From NCBI GenBank assembly GCA_964354805.1, contig CAYHBD010000047.1, positions 1-41,858 on the forward strand: a stretch of 41,858 bases of DNA, in the 5' to 3' direction. This DNA is from an uncultured archaeon. Lineage in GTDB: Archaea > Iainarchaeota > Iainarchaeia > Iainarchaeales > GCA-2688035. A program made the position numbers and the translations under genes. Shown in pieces: positions 27,489 to 35,930 of the stretch; the first letter of the stretch is position 1, and every line of letters begins with the position of its first letter. Below the pieces are notes generated by a model, which was not told the origin of the DNA, made no database searches, and was given only the letters and a program-made list of their open reading frames with translations.

Positions 27489-28088
27489 TCAAGCTTCTTC
27501 AACTGCCCCGTTTGGCCCTGTTTCCGAAAAGATTTGTGCCTGGAATTTGAATACCTGTGTTCCGTTCATTTGCCAGCTGTTTCCAGGCAAGCCTGCTTTC
27601 AGGCAGCAGTGGTGCAGAAAAGTTTCAGCATTCCATTTCTGTTCCGGCGCAACTTGCGGAAGCAGAAGCCCTGAATAAAGTTTCCTTTTCACAATCAGGC
27701 CGTCTTTTCCAACCTCAATTTTCCCAGGCAATTCTTTTCTTTCACCCCTTATTTCCTCCGGCATTGAAAGAACGCTTATTTCAATAATCACTTTCTCCAG
27801 TTCGCTTGCCTGTATTGGCGCAAAGCGCGGGTCATGGAACGCTGCCTCTACAGCCGCCTCAATCACAGCATTCCACAGTGGCTTCAGCGGATATGGAAAA
27901 CCAATGCAGCCTCTCAGTTCCTTCTCTGGAAAAGAGTGCAGTGTAACGAAAACTCCTCTTTGCTGCATTAACTTTTTGTCCTTGCATGGCTCGCGCAGCA
28001 GTGTGCCTCCTGCGCTGAAGTATTCAATGCTTTTTCTCGCAAGCGAAACCAGTTTTTTTCCGTCTGCAAGGGAGAATTCTTTTTGCAT
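27489..28088 (-). CDS. AMMECR1 domain protein (TIGR00296-like)
   Basis: GVFVTL, LRGCIG, DPRF, EISVLS, GLLLPQV, CLKAGL. Confidence 0.93.
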   Translation of the reverse strand: MQKEFSLADGKKLVSLARKSIEYFSAGGTLLREPCKDKKLMQQRGVFVTLHSFPEKELRGCIGFPYPLKPLWNAVIEAAVEAAFHDPRFAPIQASELEKVIIEISVLSMPEEIRGERKELPGKIEVGKDGLIVKRKLYSGLLLPQVAPEQKWNAETFLHHCCLKAGLPGNSWQMNGTQVFKFQAQIFSETGPNGAVEEA

Positions 28089-28119
28089 AATAAATACTAC
28101 TTCTTTATGTCCTTTTTTA

Positions 28120-28340
28120 AAGGTTTTTCCCAACAGCCTTTTAGCAAAAGGCTGGCGAAAAAAGGGGGAATTTCCCAAGGCTTTTTGCATTGGCAAAAAG
28201 GCTTTTGCAACAGCAAAAGGTTTTTTTTTACCTTTCGCTCTTTGCCGAATTATTTGCCCTCTTTAAAAGCCTTTCCAGAGCGGCTTTTTTTTATGCCATC
28301 AGGCATTTTTTTCCAAGGTTTTTTTGCCCTGCAAAAAAAG
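28120..28340. repeat. Cluster of degenerate palindromic AAAAGGC/GCCTTTT motifs in a divergent intergenic region
   Basis: Hairpins CAGCCTTTT-agc-AAAAGGCTG (28134) and CTTTTTGC-attg-GCAAAAAG (28181). Confidence 0.6.
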
Positions 28341-28343
28341 CTT

Positions 28344-31300
28344 ATGCTTCGAGGCATTGGTTTGGCTGCCTTGCTTTTCTTCTTATTGCTTAGCAGCGGC
28401 TGCATCCAGCTTTCTGCGGAAGAGAGGCACTATTGCCTTGATTTGACTGAGCGCTCCTATGCTTTTGTTCCAGAATGCGATTCGCAGGGGGAATGCTTTT
28501 CTTTGCTTGAAAGCAGCCTGTTTGATTTTGATGTAAGTGTTTTCAGCCCAGGTGTGCAAACCGAGCTGCAAAACTATAAGAACAATGTTGCTTTGAGCTG
28601 GCTTTACTTCAATAACGCAAAAGCCAACATTGACGAGATTCATTCAATCTGCACCAGCTCTTCCTCGCTTGATTCCCTGCCCCAAAAAGTGAATGACTTA
28701 ATGCACAATTTAGGGATGGCTTTTCAATCAAGCGACAGCGCGAATTTGTCAAGCTTTTTGATTTTAAATCTGGAAAGGCAGGATTTGCAGCAGCAGGATG
28801 TTAACCTCATCAAGGAAGAGCCCCTGTTTTTGGATTTCGCTTTGCTGAGCAGCAATTTGGTTGAAATGCCTGTAGAGAGTTGCTCAAACGAAACATACAG
28901 GTCAACGTTTCGGTGCCTTTACATAGGCGAAGTGCAGCATTTTGAGGAATTGCTTAAACAAAGCGGTTTTAGTTACAATTTGGTGAGTGAAACAACTATT
29001 GGAGCCGCGCCGAATGACCTGCCTCAGCTGGATCAGGCAATGTTTCAGTTCCTTGATTTTTTGAACGAGTGTTTAAAGACAGTGAATTCTTTCCAGAGGC
29101 TGCAGAGCATGCCTGCATTCCAATTCCTGCAGAGCTACAACCAGTTCATGGGCCAGAACAACAGCGTACTGCAGCGCTTCGCTGTTTTAATGAAAAACAA
29201 TGCATTGCACAGGGCTGCCCTGCAGCAGGAGAGCAATGGATTGCAGCAGCAGATTGCAGAAAAATTGCAGGATGCAGAGCAAAGCCTGGATGCCCTGCTT
29301 TCAAAAGAGTATGCTTCCTTTGATGAAAACTTTTTGAATGAATTGTATGCGGTTCTTGGGCAGGACAGCGCAATGGCTGCACAGCAGTACAGCATCCAGG
29401 ACCTGAGCCAGTTGGAGCAGAAAGGGAGAGCAGAATTGCTGCAATTGCAGAACCGGTTCAGTGAATTGGTTCACTTGGATTTTATTAAGCAGCTGACAAT
29501 CGGAAAAAAGGCGTTTGAATTAAAGGAATTGAACAATGAAGCAGCTTTGCTGCAGGAAAATCTGGACTATTTGAGCAGCGAGGCACTAAATGGGCTGCTT
29601 GTTTTATGCAATGAGAGAATTGCTGCAATTGATACACAGCTTGAAAGCGCTGCCCTGCCGGCTGAGAATGCTGACCATTTTCTGCAGGCAGCTGATTTGA
29701 AGGCGAGAACACAGTATAAAATAAAGCAATTCAATTCAGCAGGCAGTGAGGCAGAAAAACTGCTGATATGCAGGGACGCTGTCACTGAATTCAACCGCTT
29801 CTCGCTTGCTTTAAGCGATTTCCGGCAATTGGTATCGCTGCAGGAAGAAAGTGTTGCGAACTGTTTTTCCAGTCTCAGTGAAATTTTTAAAAATGCAGGC
29901 ACTGCAATTGATTTGAGTGATTTCTCGCTCAGATACAAGCAGCTGCAGGCAATTGCCCAGCCCTACGATGACAGCGCTGCTGTTGAAAGGCGCTGTTCAG
30001 CTTTGCTGCAGGAAGTTGAGTTCTTTTTGGGGCAAAACAGCTCAGTGAGAAGCATTGAGGAAGATTTTGCAACAGCCTCTGCTTTAATGCAGACAATGAG
30101 GGCAATTAATGCAAGAGACAGCAGCGCTGTAAGCAGGCAGGCGCTTGCCGGCAGCGAATCTCAGTTCAAGTACTTCAGCACATTCTTCTCTGAAGGCAAG
30201 CTGATATTATCATCTGCCCTGCCTGTTCTGGATGAATTGCAGCAGCAGCTGCAGGAATTCGTTTTGCAGTTGCAGGAATCAGTGAAAGAAGCAATTGTTT
30301 CTTTTGCCGAAAAAAACGCGGCAATTTCAATTGAACAGGCAGGTGAAAACGGTAGCAGCGTGATTATTGCAGCAGCTTTCAGCAACCCCTTCCGGCAGAT
30401 TGATGAACAGCTTGAATTGCAGGTTCCTTCCCAGAAAAGCGTTGGCAGCCTGGTTTATGCAACGCCAAACGTGCAAAGCATTAAGGGAGAAGACGGCGCG
30501 CTTCTGGTTGAATTAAATTCTTTCCCAGTCGGCCAGACAATGCTGCGCTTTTCAACAAGCGAAATTGTTTCAATAAGCGAAAGCACGCGCCTGCTTTCAG
30601 CAAGCAGCGATGCAGCAATTTTCCAGAAAACAATCTCCATCAAATGCGAGCAGCCCCTCCAACTGCTGCAGGTGCGCACTTCCCTGATTGATTCAAATGA
30701 ATTTTCCTACAGCAACATTGCTGTCAGCGCTGACGGCAAGAAATCTGATTTTGTGCTGAATGGCAGCGCTGTTTCTTTTATGCTGCCGAACTGCAACGCA
30801 GGGCATAGTGCAACAGTGCTCTTTACAGTGCAGCAGCCGATTGAATTCAATTTCGCATTATTGGAAACAGCAGAGGATGCAAACAGCCAGATTTTCAGTT
30901 ACGAAATCACGGTAAAAAACAGGCTGCCTTTGACTGAATTGCACGATATTGATTTTGTGCTGCCATTGCAGGCTGATGCGAAAAGCATCAAAAGCATTGA
31001 ATTGCTTAACGCTGAAGGAAAAGCTGTGAAATTCAACATGCTGCCGAGCAAAAAAATTGCGTTCAGCGTGCAGAACCTGCTGCCATTGCAGGGCATTACT
31101 CTTTTCCTCGGGATTTTGACAGCAAAGGGCATCAGCGCTGAACCATTGGCACAGCCTGTGGTAAGCCTCGCAGACCAGCCAACAAGTCAGGCTGGCATTA
31201 CCGGCAGCGCAAAGCAAGCAGCAGAGCAAACAGACAAAATAAATAGCATTGAATCAACAATTGAAAGCGCAGAAGAAAAGCTGGCTGAGCTTGACCAACT

Positions 31301-31901
31301 TTTTAGTGCAATAACTGAAAAAGACCTGATTGAGGCAAAATACATCCCGCCAATAACCAAAGCAGATTTGAGCAAGCTGAGGCTGAGCCTGAACAAGCTG
31401 AAGGCCGAGTTGTCAAAGAAAAGCGTTCAGGACTTCATTTCTTTAAGCGAAAAAGGCGACTTTGACGCTGCTATGGGGAAAGCAGCTTCATTCAACGGAA
31501 AGCTTCCTGAACTGCTGCTGGAAGCTGAATCAGTTAATTCACAGCTTGCAAACGCAATTAATGCAATAAAAGAGGATGCTTTTGCCGCATACAACTCAAC
31601 AGTTGAGTTGTTCAACAATACTGGCGGCAGCAGTGAAGCCCAGCAGTTGCTGCAAAAAGCAAAGGACGCGGTTGACAAAGAGCAATACCTTGCGGCAACA
31701 ACCAACGCGAAAAAAGCGGCAGCACTTATTTTGCAAAGCGAAGGAAAAGGCATAACAGGCAGCGGCACAGAAGCAGGCATTCCAACATTCATTTATCCGC
31801 TAATTGCAGCGGCAGGCCTGGTGCTCTTTGTGCGCTTCAAAAAGCAGAAAATAAGGGAGCAAAAAACAGAGCAGATAAAGCGGATTGCGAGAAATTGGTG
31901 A
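28344..31901 (+). CDS. Large (1185 aa) surface protein with an N-terminal lipobox and C-terminal TM anchor
   Basis: MLRG..LLLSSGC lipobox; long helical/coiled-coil part, beta-rich middle, C-terminal IPTFIYPLIAAAGLVLFV-RFKKQK. Confidence 0.8.
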   Translation: MLRGIGLAALLFFLLLSSGCIQLSAEERHYCLDLTERSYAFVPECDSQGECFSLLESSLFDFDVSVFSPGVQTELQNYKNNVALSWLYFNNAKANIDEIHSICTSSSSLDSLPQKVNDLMHNLGMAFQSSDSANLSSFLILNLERQDLQQQDVNLIKEEPLFLDFALLSSNLVEMPVESCSNETYRSTFRCLYIGEVQHFEELLKQSGFSYNLVSETTIGAAPNDLPQLDQAMFQFLDFLNECLKTVNSFQRLQSMPAFQFLQSYNQFMGQNNSVLQRFAVLMKNNALHRAALQQESNGLQQQIAEKLQDAEQSLDALLSKEYASFDENFLNELYAVLGQDSAMAAQQYSIQDLSQLEQKGRAELLQLQNRFSELVHLDFIKQLTIGKKAFELKELNNEAALLQENLDYLSSEALNGLLVLCNERIAAIDTQLESAALPAENADHFLQAADLKARTQYKIKQFNSAGSEAEKLLICRDAVTEFNRFSLALSDFRQLVSLQEESVANCFSSLSEIFKNAGTAIDLSDFSLRYKQLQAIAQPYDDSAAVERRCSALLQEVEFFLGQNSSVRSIEEDFATASALMQTMRAINARDSSAVSRQALAGSESQFKYFSTFFSEGKLILSSALPVLDELQQQLQEFVLQLQESVKEAIVSFAEKNAAISIEQAGENGSSVIIAAAFSNPFRQIDEQLELQVPSQKSVGSLVYATPNVQSIKGEDGALLVELNSFPVGQTMLRFSTSEIVSISESTRLLSASSDAAIFQKTISIKCEQPLQLLQVRTSLIDSNEFSYSNIAVSADGKKSDFVLNGSAVSFMLPNCNAGHSATVLFTVQQPIEFNFALLETAEDANSQIFSYEITVKNRLPLTELHDIDFVLPLQADAKSIKSIELLNAEGKAVKFNMLPSKKIAFSVQNLLPLQGITLFLGILTAKGISAEPLAQPVVSLADQPTSQAGITGSAKQAAEQTDKINSIESTIESAEEKLAELDQLFSAITEKDLIEAKYIPPITKADLSKLRLSLNKLKAELSKKSVQDFISLSEKGDFDAAMGKAASFNGKLPELLLEAESVNSQLANAINAIKEDAFAAYNSTVELFNNTGGSSEAQQLLQKAKDAVDKEQYLAATTNAKKAAALILQSEGKGITGSGTEAGIPTFIYPLIAAAGLVLFVRFKKQKIREQKTEQIKRIARNW

Positions 31902-31961
31902 AAAAGAAAGTGCAAAAAAGCAATGGGGCATCAAATAAGGATAATTGGGAAAAACTGGTGA
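31872..31961 (+). repeat. In-frame echo of the 3' end, offset 60 bp
   Basis: QIKRIARNW* vs QIRIIGKNW*. Confidence 0.75.
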
Positions 31962-32049
31962 AAAAAAGAACAAAATAGTGCTTTTTCTTTGAAATTAAAA
32001 AAGAGAAAATTATTTATCCCACTTGTGCATTAATACTAATTGAACTGAA

Positions 32050-33522
32050 ATGAAAAAAAGCCACCAACTCGTGTTCCTACTATTGTTTGCTGTGCTGCTT
32101 GCTGGCAGCGCAAGCGCTGTGACATATATTAGCAATTGCAGCGAATTGCAGAATATGAGATTCAATCTTATGGATGACTACGTTTTAGCAAATGATATTG
32201 ATTTTGCGTTTTGCCCCGGCTGTCAATTTGAACCAATTGGGGATAACCTCCATCCATTTACTGGGTCGTTTGACGGTCAATACTATAAAATAATTGATTT
32301 ATGCATAAACAAGCCAGGCATAGACAACGTTGCTTTATTTGGAGCAACCAGTGGCATTGGGGAAATTAAAAATGTTGGTTTAGAAAATGTGAATATAATT
32401 GGAAAGAATAATACTGCTGCTTTGGTTGCAGAAAATCATAAGTCAATAACATATTGTTATTCCACCAATGGAACTGTAAAAGGAAATGATTACGTCGGCG
32501 GATTGGTCAGTTCGAATGGGACGACTGCAAATCCAACTGGAAGCATAACAAAATCCTACTCCACCGCTGCTGTAACCTCTACTACTGGCTTGGCTGGTGG
32601 TTTAGTTGCTGTTAATGTGAGTTTGATAGAAAATTGTTATGCCAGGGGGCCTGTGAGCACACCAGCTAGCGGTCTTGCTCCTCATCCTTACATTGGCGGT
32701 TTAGTTGGTGAAAATCAGAGGGGGCAAATAAATCGCTCATATGCTACTGGATCGGTGAGCGGTCCAAGTGGTTTCGTAAGTCACACAGGTCCAGGCGGCT
32801 TGATTGGAAACAGCTATGGTTCGACTGCTTACAATTTTTGGGATACACAAACCAGTGGAGAAAACATTGGAGCTAGTGGCTACTGCCCGCCCTGCCTAAA
32901 TAACACAGCCGGTGTTTTTGGAAGAACCACTGCGCAAATGGAACAGGAATCCACTTTTACTTCTGCGCCCCCTACTGCAAATTGGGATTTTGTTACTGTT
33001 TGGGATATTGACGGAGTAACAAACGAGGGCTATCCCTTCCTGCGCTGGCCTATTCCTCCCCCCGCAGCCATTTCTCTTTCCCTTGACATTGAACCGCTTT
33101 TTATTAAAGGTAGTGATTTTACCACTGCAGACGCTGTTGTCAGCAATTCCGGTGGCAGCACAATTGCTGTAGATGTAGTTGTAAAGCTTGTTGACGCTGT
33201 TTCTCGCCAAGAGATTGCTGAGCATGAAGAAGAAACAGTGAGGCAAAATTTGCTGTTGGCCGCTGGCGCTACAGAGCCCATCTCTTTGATAGATTGGATT
33301 GACGCTCTTGGGAACAGCAAGCAGGCGCTTGGACAAGGCAATTATACTCTAAGTGCAGTGGTAAAAAAAGCAGGCACCAACGAAATTCTGGATGAAGGTA
33401 GCCTGATTTTCACTGTCGGCCCGGCAAAAAGAGTGCCTGTGCCAGAGCTGGATGTTTTATTGCTTCCTTTGCTGCTTTCAATTGTTTTGTTTGTGCTTTG
33501 GAAGAAGCGCAGCATTGGTTGA
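32050..33522 (+). CDS. Secreted GLUG-repeat beta-helix protein with a VPEL-TM-basic C-terminal tail
   Basis: Signal peptide; Y.LANDID, PIG..FTGSFDG, repeated GGLV/GGLVG.N, FWDTQTSG, GYPFL; VPVPELD-TM-KKR. Confidence 0.85.
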   Translation: MKKSHQLVFLLLFAVLLAGSASAVTYISNCSELQNMRFNLMDDYVLANDIDFAFCPGCQFEPIGDNLHPFTGSFDGQYYKIIDLCINKPGIDNVALFGATSGIGEIKNVGLENVNIIGKNNTAALVAENHKSITYCYSTNGTVKGNDYVGGLVSSNGTTANPTGSITKSYSTAAVTSTTGLAGGLVAVNVSLIENCYARGPVSTPASGLAPHPYIGGLVGENQRGQINRSYATGSVSGPSGFVSHTGPGGLIGNSYGSTAYNFWDTQTSGENIGASGYCPPCLNNTAGVFGRTTAQMEQESTFTSAPPTANWDFVTVWDIDGVTNEGYPFLRWPIPPPAAISLSLDIEPLFIKGSDFTTADAVVSNSGGSTIAVDVVVKLVDAVSRQEIAEHEEETVRQNLLLAAGATEPISLIDWIDALGNSKQALGQGNYTLSAVVKKAGTNEILDEGSLIFTVGPAKRVPVPELDVLLLPLLLSIVLFVLWKKRSIG

Positions 33523-33592
33523 ATAAAAAAGGGTTTGTTTTCAATTTCTTAATTTTTTGGATTATCTAAAAATTAGCAACGCTAATGGGGGC

Positions 33593-34861
33593 TTACTTTT
33601 TTTCCTCGCTTTTCTTGAAGCGATTTTTAACGCCCTTTATTTCTTCAGAGTTAAAGTAAATGAAAACAATTACTGCAATTAGCGCCAGGCCAATGCCTCC
33701 GTAAATCATTGGGCTAATGCCAGGCTGCTGGAAAACAACAACACTGTCCTGGCAGCTGCTTTCTTCTGCATTCAAATCAGTGTAAACTATTTTGCACCCG
33801 ATTGGAAATGTCCCCTCCTTGTTGCTAACAACACTGAAGGAAAGCAGCTGGGTCTGGTTTGGCGGCAGTGCAATTATCTCTTTCTCCGGCTCGGCAGAAA
33901 AGCTCAGTCCTTCTGGAAGCATTGTTTCAACGCTCAAATCAAACAAAGGGTCTGAGCCAACATTCTTAACTGCCAACTGCAAATCAATTGCCTGCCCAAC
34001 AAGTGCTGTTTCATTTCCCTTCGCAAGGAAAACCTCGACCTTTCGCTCCGGCTCCCGCACCCGCAGGGTAACCAAATTGCTGAATTTCTGCTCCTGTTCG
34101 CCGAACTCGTTTTTATAGTAAATAATTGCAGGCGGCATAGTCATCTGAATGGCCTTCCTTGGCTTTATAATATAAGTAATTTCCTTTTGTTCGCCTGCAT
34201 CAATGCTTCCCTGGAAATAATTCTTTCCCTCCACAACGGAAAAAGCAGGTTTGTCCTCTGCAACAGGCCTGGCGAATTGCACGTTCACGTCTGCAGCAGC
34301 ACTACCCTCATTATGTATAAGTATAGTTATTTTTGTTTTCTCGCCGATCACAAGCTGTGTTTTCTCTGCTTCCACCCTGAAAGCGCTTTCACTCCTAAAA
34401 TCAGCGGTTTGATATAACCCTATTTTTGATTGCCCGCTTAAAACAATTCTTGTTATGCTGTCGCCTGTTCCAATGCAAACGCGCAGCGCATTTTCTGAAA
34501 TCCACTGCACCTTTTCCTCAGGCAGCCACAGCCTGTGCCAGCAAATGCCTTCACTGCATCTAAGATCCTTCACATTAAGCTGCGCAATCAATTCCCCATT
34601 CAGGCTTATGTTTAAGTCAATTATGCCCTCTTGGACTGGATGCAATTCAAACCCAAGAGATGCAATTGGGTAAGCTTTTCCGCCAGTAATATCAAATGTG
34701 GGGAAGATAAATTGAATGTTTTGGCACTCTGTCTGCTGTGCTCCCTCAACTGCAAAGTTGCTGTAGCCCATTTCGGCAAAGCTTCTTTCAAAAAGCGTGG
34801 CAGCTGATGCGCTTGCAGCAAGCAATGAAAAGAAAAAAATTATTGAAAGTAACTTATTCAT
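33593..34861 (-). CDS. Secreted Ig-like (BatD/CARDB/DUF11-like) protein with a C-terminal TM
   Basis: Signal peptide; two I.N.G...A/V.N.G..PL Ig-like repeats; C-terminal TM and basic tail. Confidence 0.75.
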   Translation of the reverse strand: MNKLLSIIFFFSLLAASASAATLFERSFAEMGYSNFAVEGAQQTECQNIQFIFPTFDITGGKAYPIASLGFELHPVQEGIIDLNISLNGELIAQLNVKDLRCSEGICWHRLWLPEEKVQWISENALRVCIGTGDSITRIVLSGQSKIGLYQTADFRSESAFRVEAEKTQLVIGEKTKITILIHNEGSAAADVNVQFARPVAEDKPAFSVVEGKNYFQGSIDAGEQKEITYIIKPRKAIQMTMPPAIIYYKNEFGEQEQKFSNLVTLRVREPERKVEVFLAKGNETALVGQAIDLQLAVKNVGSDPLFDLSVETMLPEGLSFSAEPEKEIIALPPNQTQLLSFSVVSNKEGTFPIGCKIVYTDLNAEESSCQDSVVVFQQPGISPMIYGGIGLALIAVIVFIYFNSEEIKGVKNRFKKSEEKK

Positions 34862-34896
34862 TTTTTGCACCCCGATTAAATAACCGCAAAAATCGC

Positions 34897-35391
34897 TTAA
34901 ATTTTTGCGCCCCTTCCCCTTAACTTACTAATACTATCAAGCATTATTTCTTTAATAGTTTTCCCTGCATCAACCAGCAGCACTTTTTGCTTTTTATAGT
35001 TCCGCACTACCCTCTTTTTGCAGTAATCGTTTGCCTCGCAGAAGACATTTTCCTGCACCTTCAATTCGCTGTAGCCCTTTGCCTGCAGGCGCTTTTCCAG
35101 AATCTCTGGTTTCACACTTAGCAGAACAACGAAATCAGCGGGCAGCCGCAGCTCGCAAAGCAAATGCCCCTCCAGAATAATATCCTTTTCTTTTGCAAGC
35201 AGCTTGTTCAGTTCCCTTGCAAATTGCTGCAGCGGGATAATCAATTCGCCTTCATCGCTGTCCCATTTCCCGATCTTTTTCTCAAGCGCAAACTGATGCT
35301 CGTTCACAACCATGTGTTTTATTCTCCTGCCAAGGGCTTTTGCAACACTGCTCTTTCCAGTGCCGGGAGTGCCGGTAATGATGATGCGCAT
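34897..35391 (-). CDS. Adenylate kinase 6 / Fap7-like NMP kinase
   Basis: ITGTPGTGKS, LEGH, L..RL..KGYS..KV.EN. Confidence 0.9.
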   Translation of the reverse strand: MRIIITGTPGTGKSSVAKALGRRIKHMVVNEHQFALEKKIGKWDSDEGELIIPLQQFARELNKLLAKEKDIILEGHLLCELRLPADFVVLLSVKPEILEKRLQAKGYSELKVQENVFCEANDYCKKRVVRNYKKQKVLLVDAGKTIKEIMLDSISKLRGRGAKI

Positions 35392-35495
35392 ACAATACAA
35401 TTTGCCGCAAAAAGAAATTTAAAACGGAGGGGGGAATGGGGTGGAGTGGGAAATAGTAATGGCGTTCAAAAACAAAAATAGAAGAGGGAAAAAGG

Positions 35496-35642
35496 GGTGC
35501 GGGAGCATTACTTGCCGCATCGCTTTCTGAAAGCAGTTTGGCTATCAGCTAAAGTAATGCCCCCATTTGTTAGCGTTTTGCCTAGCTCACATGCCTTTTC
35601 AATGCTAAGCACCTCTGTTTGTTGAAAGGAGGTATCTTTCAT
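35496..35642 (-). ncRNA. Candidate structured RNA overlapping a 44-aa small ORF (35508-35642)
   Basis: Nested stems forming a three-way junction, upstream BRE/TATA, downstream T-tract; no family recognised. Confidence 0.35.
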
Positions 35643-35684
35643 TTTGGATCACTGTAAATTTTGCATTATAATAATAACCGACCT

Positions 35685-35700
35685 TTTTTAAATACTTTTC
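35685..35700 (-). promoter_or_regulatory. Putative archaeal BRE-TATA promoter
   Basis: Minus strand GAAAAGTA-TTTAAAAA upstream of the structured unit. Confidence 0.45.
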
Positions 35701-35930
35701 GGTCAAAGAAGCAAGAATTCGCCTTTTTTTTATGTAGCTTGGAAAATTTTTTCTTTTTTCGCGAAATAGAGCCAAATTCTGCCTTATTTCTTATGTATAT
35801 TTGCGTTTTTTTTGAAAAATTCGGAAAAGAAAAAAAAGCAAAAAAATTCGGTTATGTAGAATTAGCGGAAAAGGAAAAACATTTTTTCCTTTTTAAATCA
35901 GCATTTGTATAATCCGCAATTTGAATTAGT

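Noticed and set aside
28083-28343. N-terminal extensions of the 1272-aa ORF and of AMMECR1 (to 28196)
   Set aside because: The extensions overlap each other in a palindromic intergenic region; the lipobox signal starts at 28344 and the AMMECR1 core at 28088
35496-35613. 5S rRNA, tRNA or hammerhead ribozyme
   Set aside because: Three-way shape, but no CCGAAC loop, T-loop or CUGANGA core
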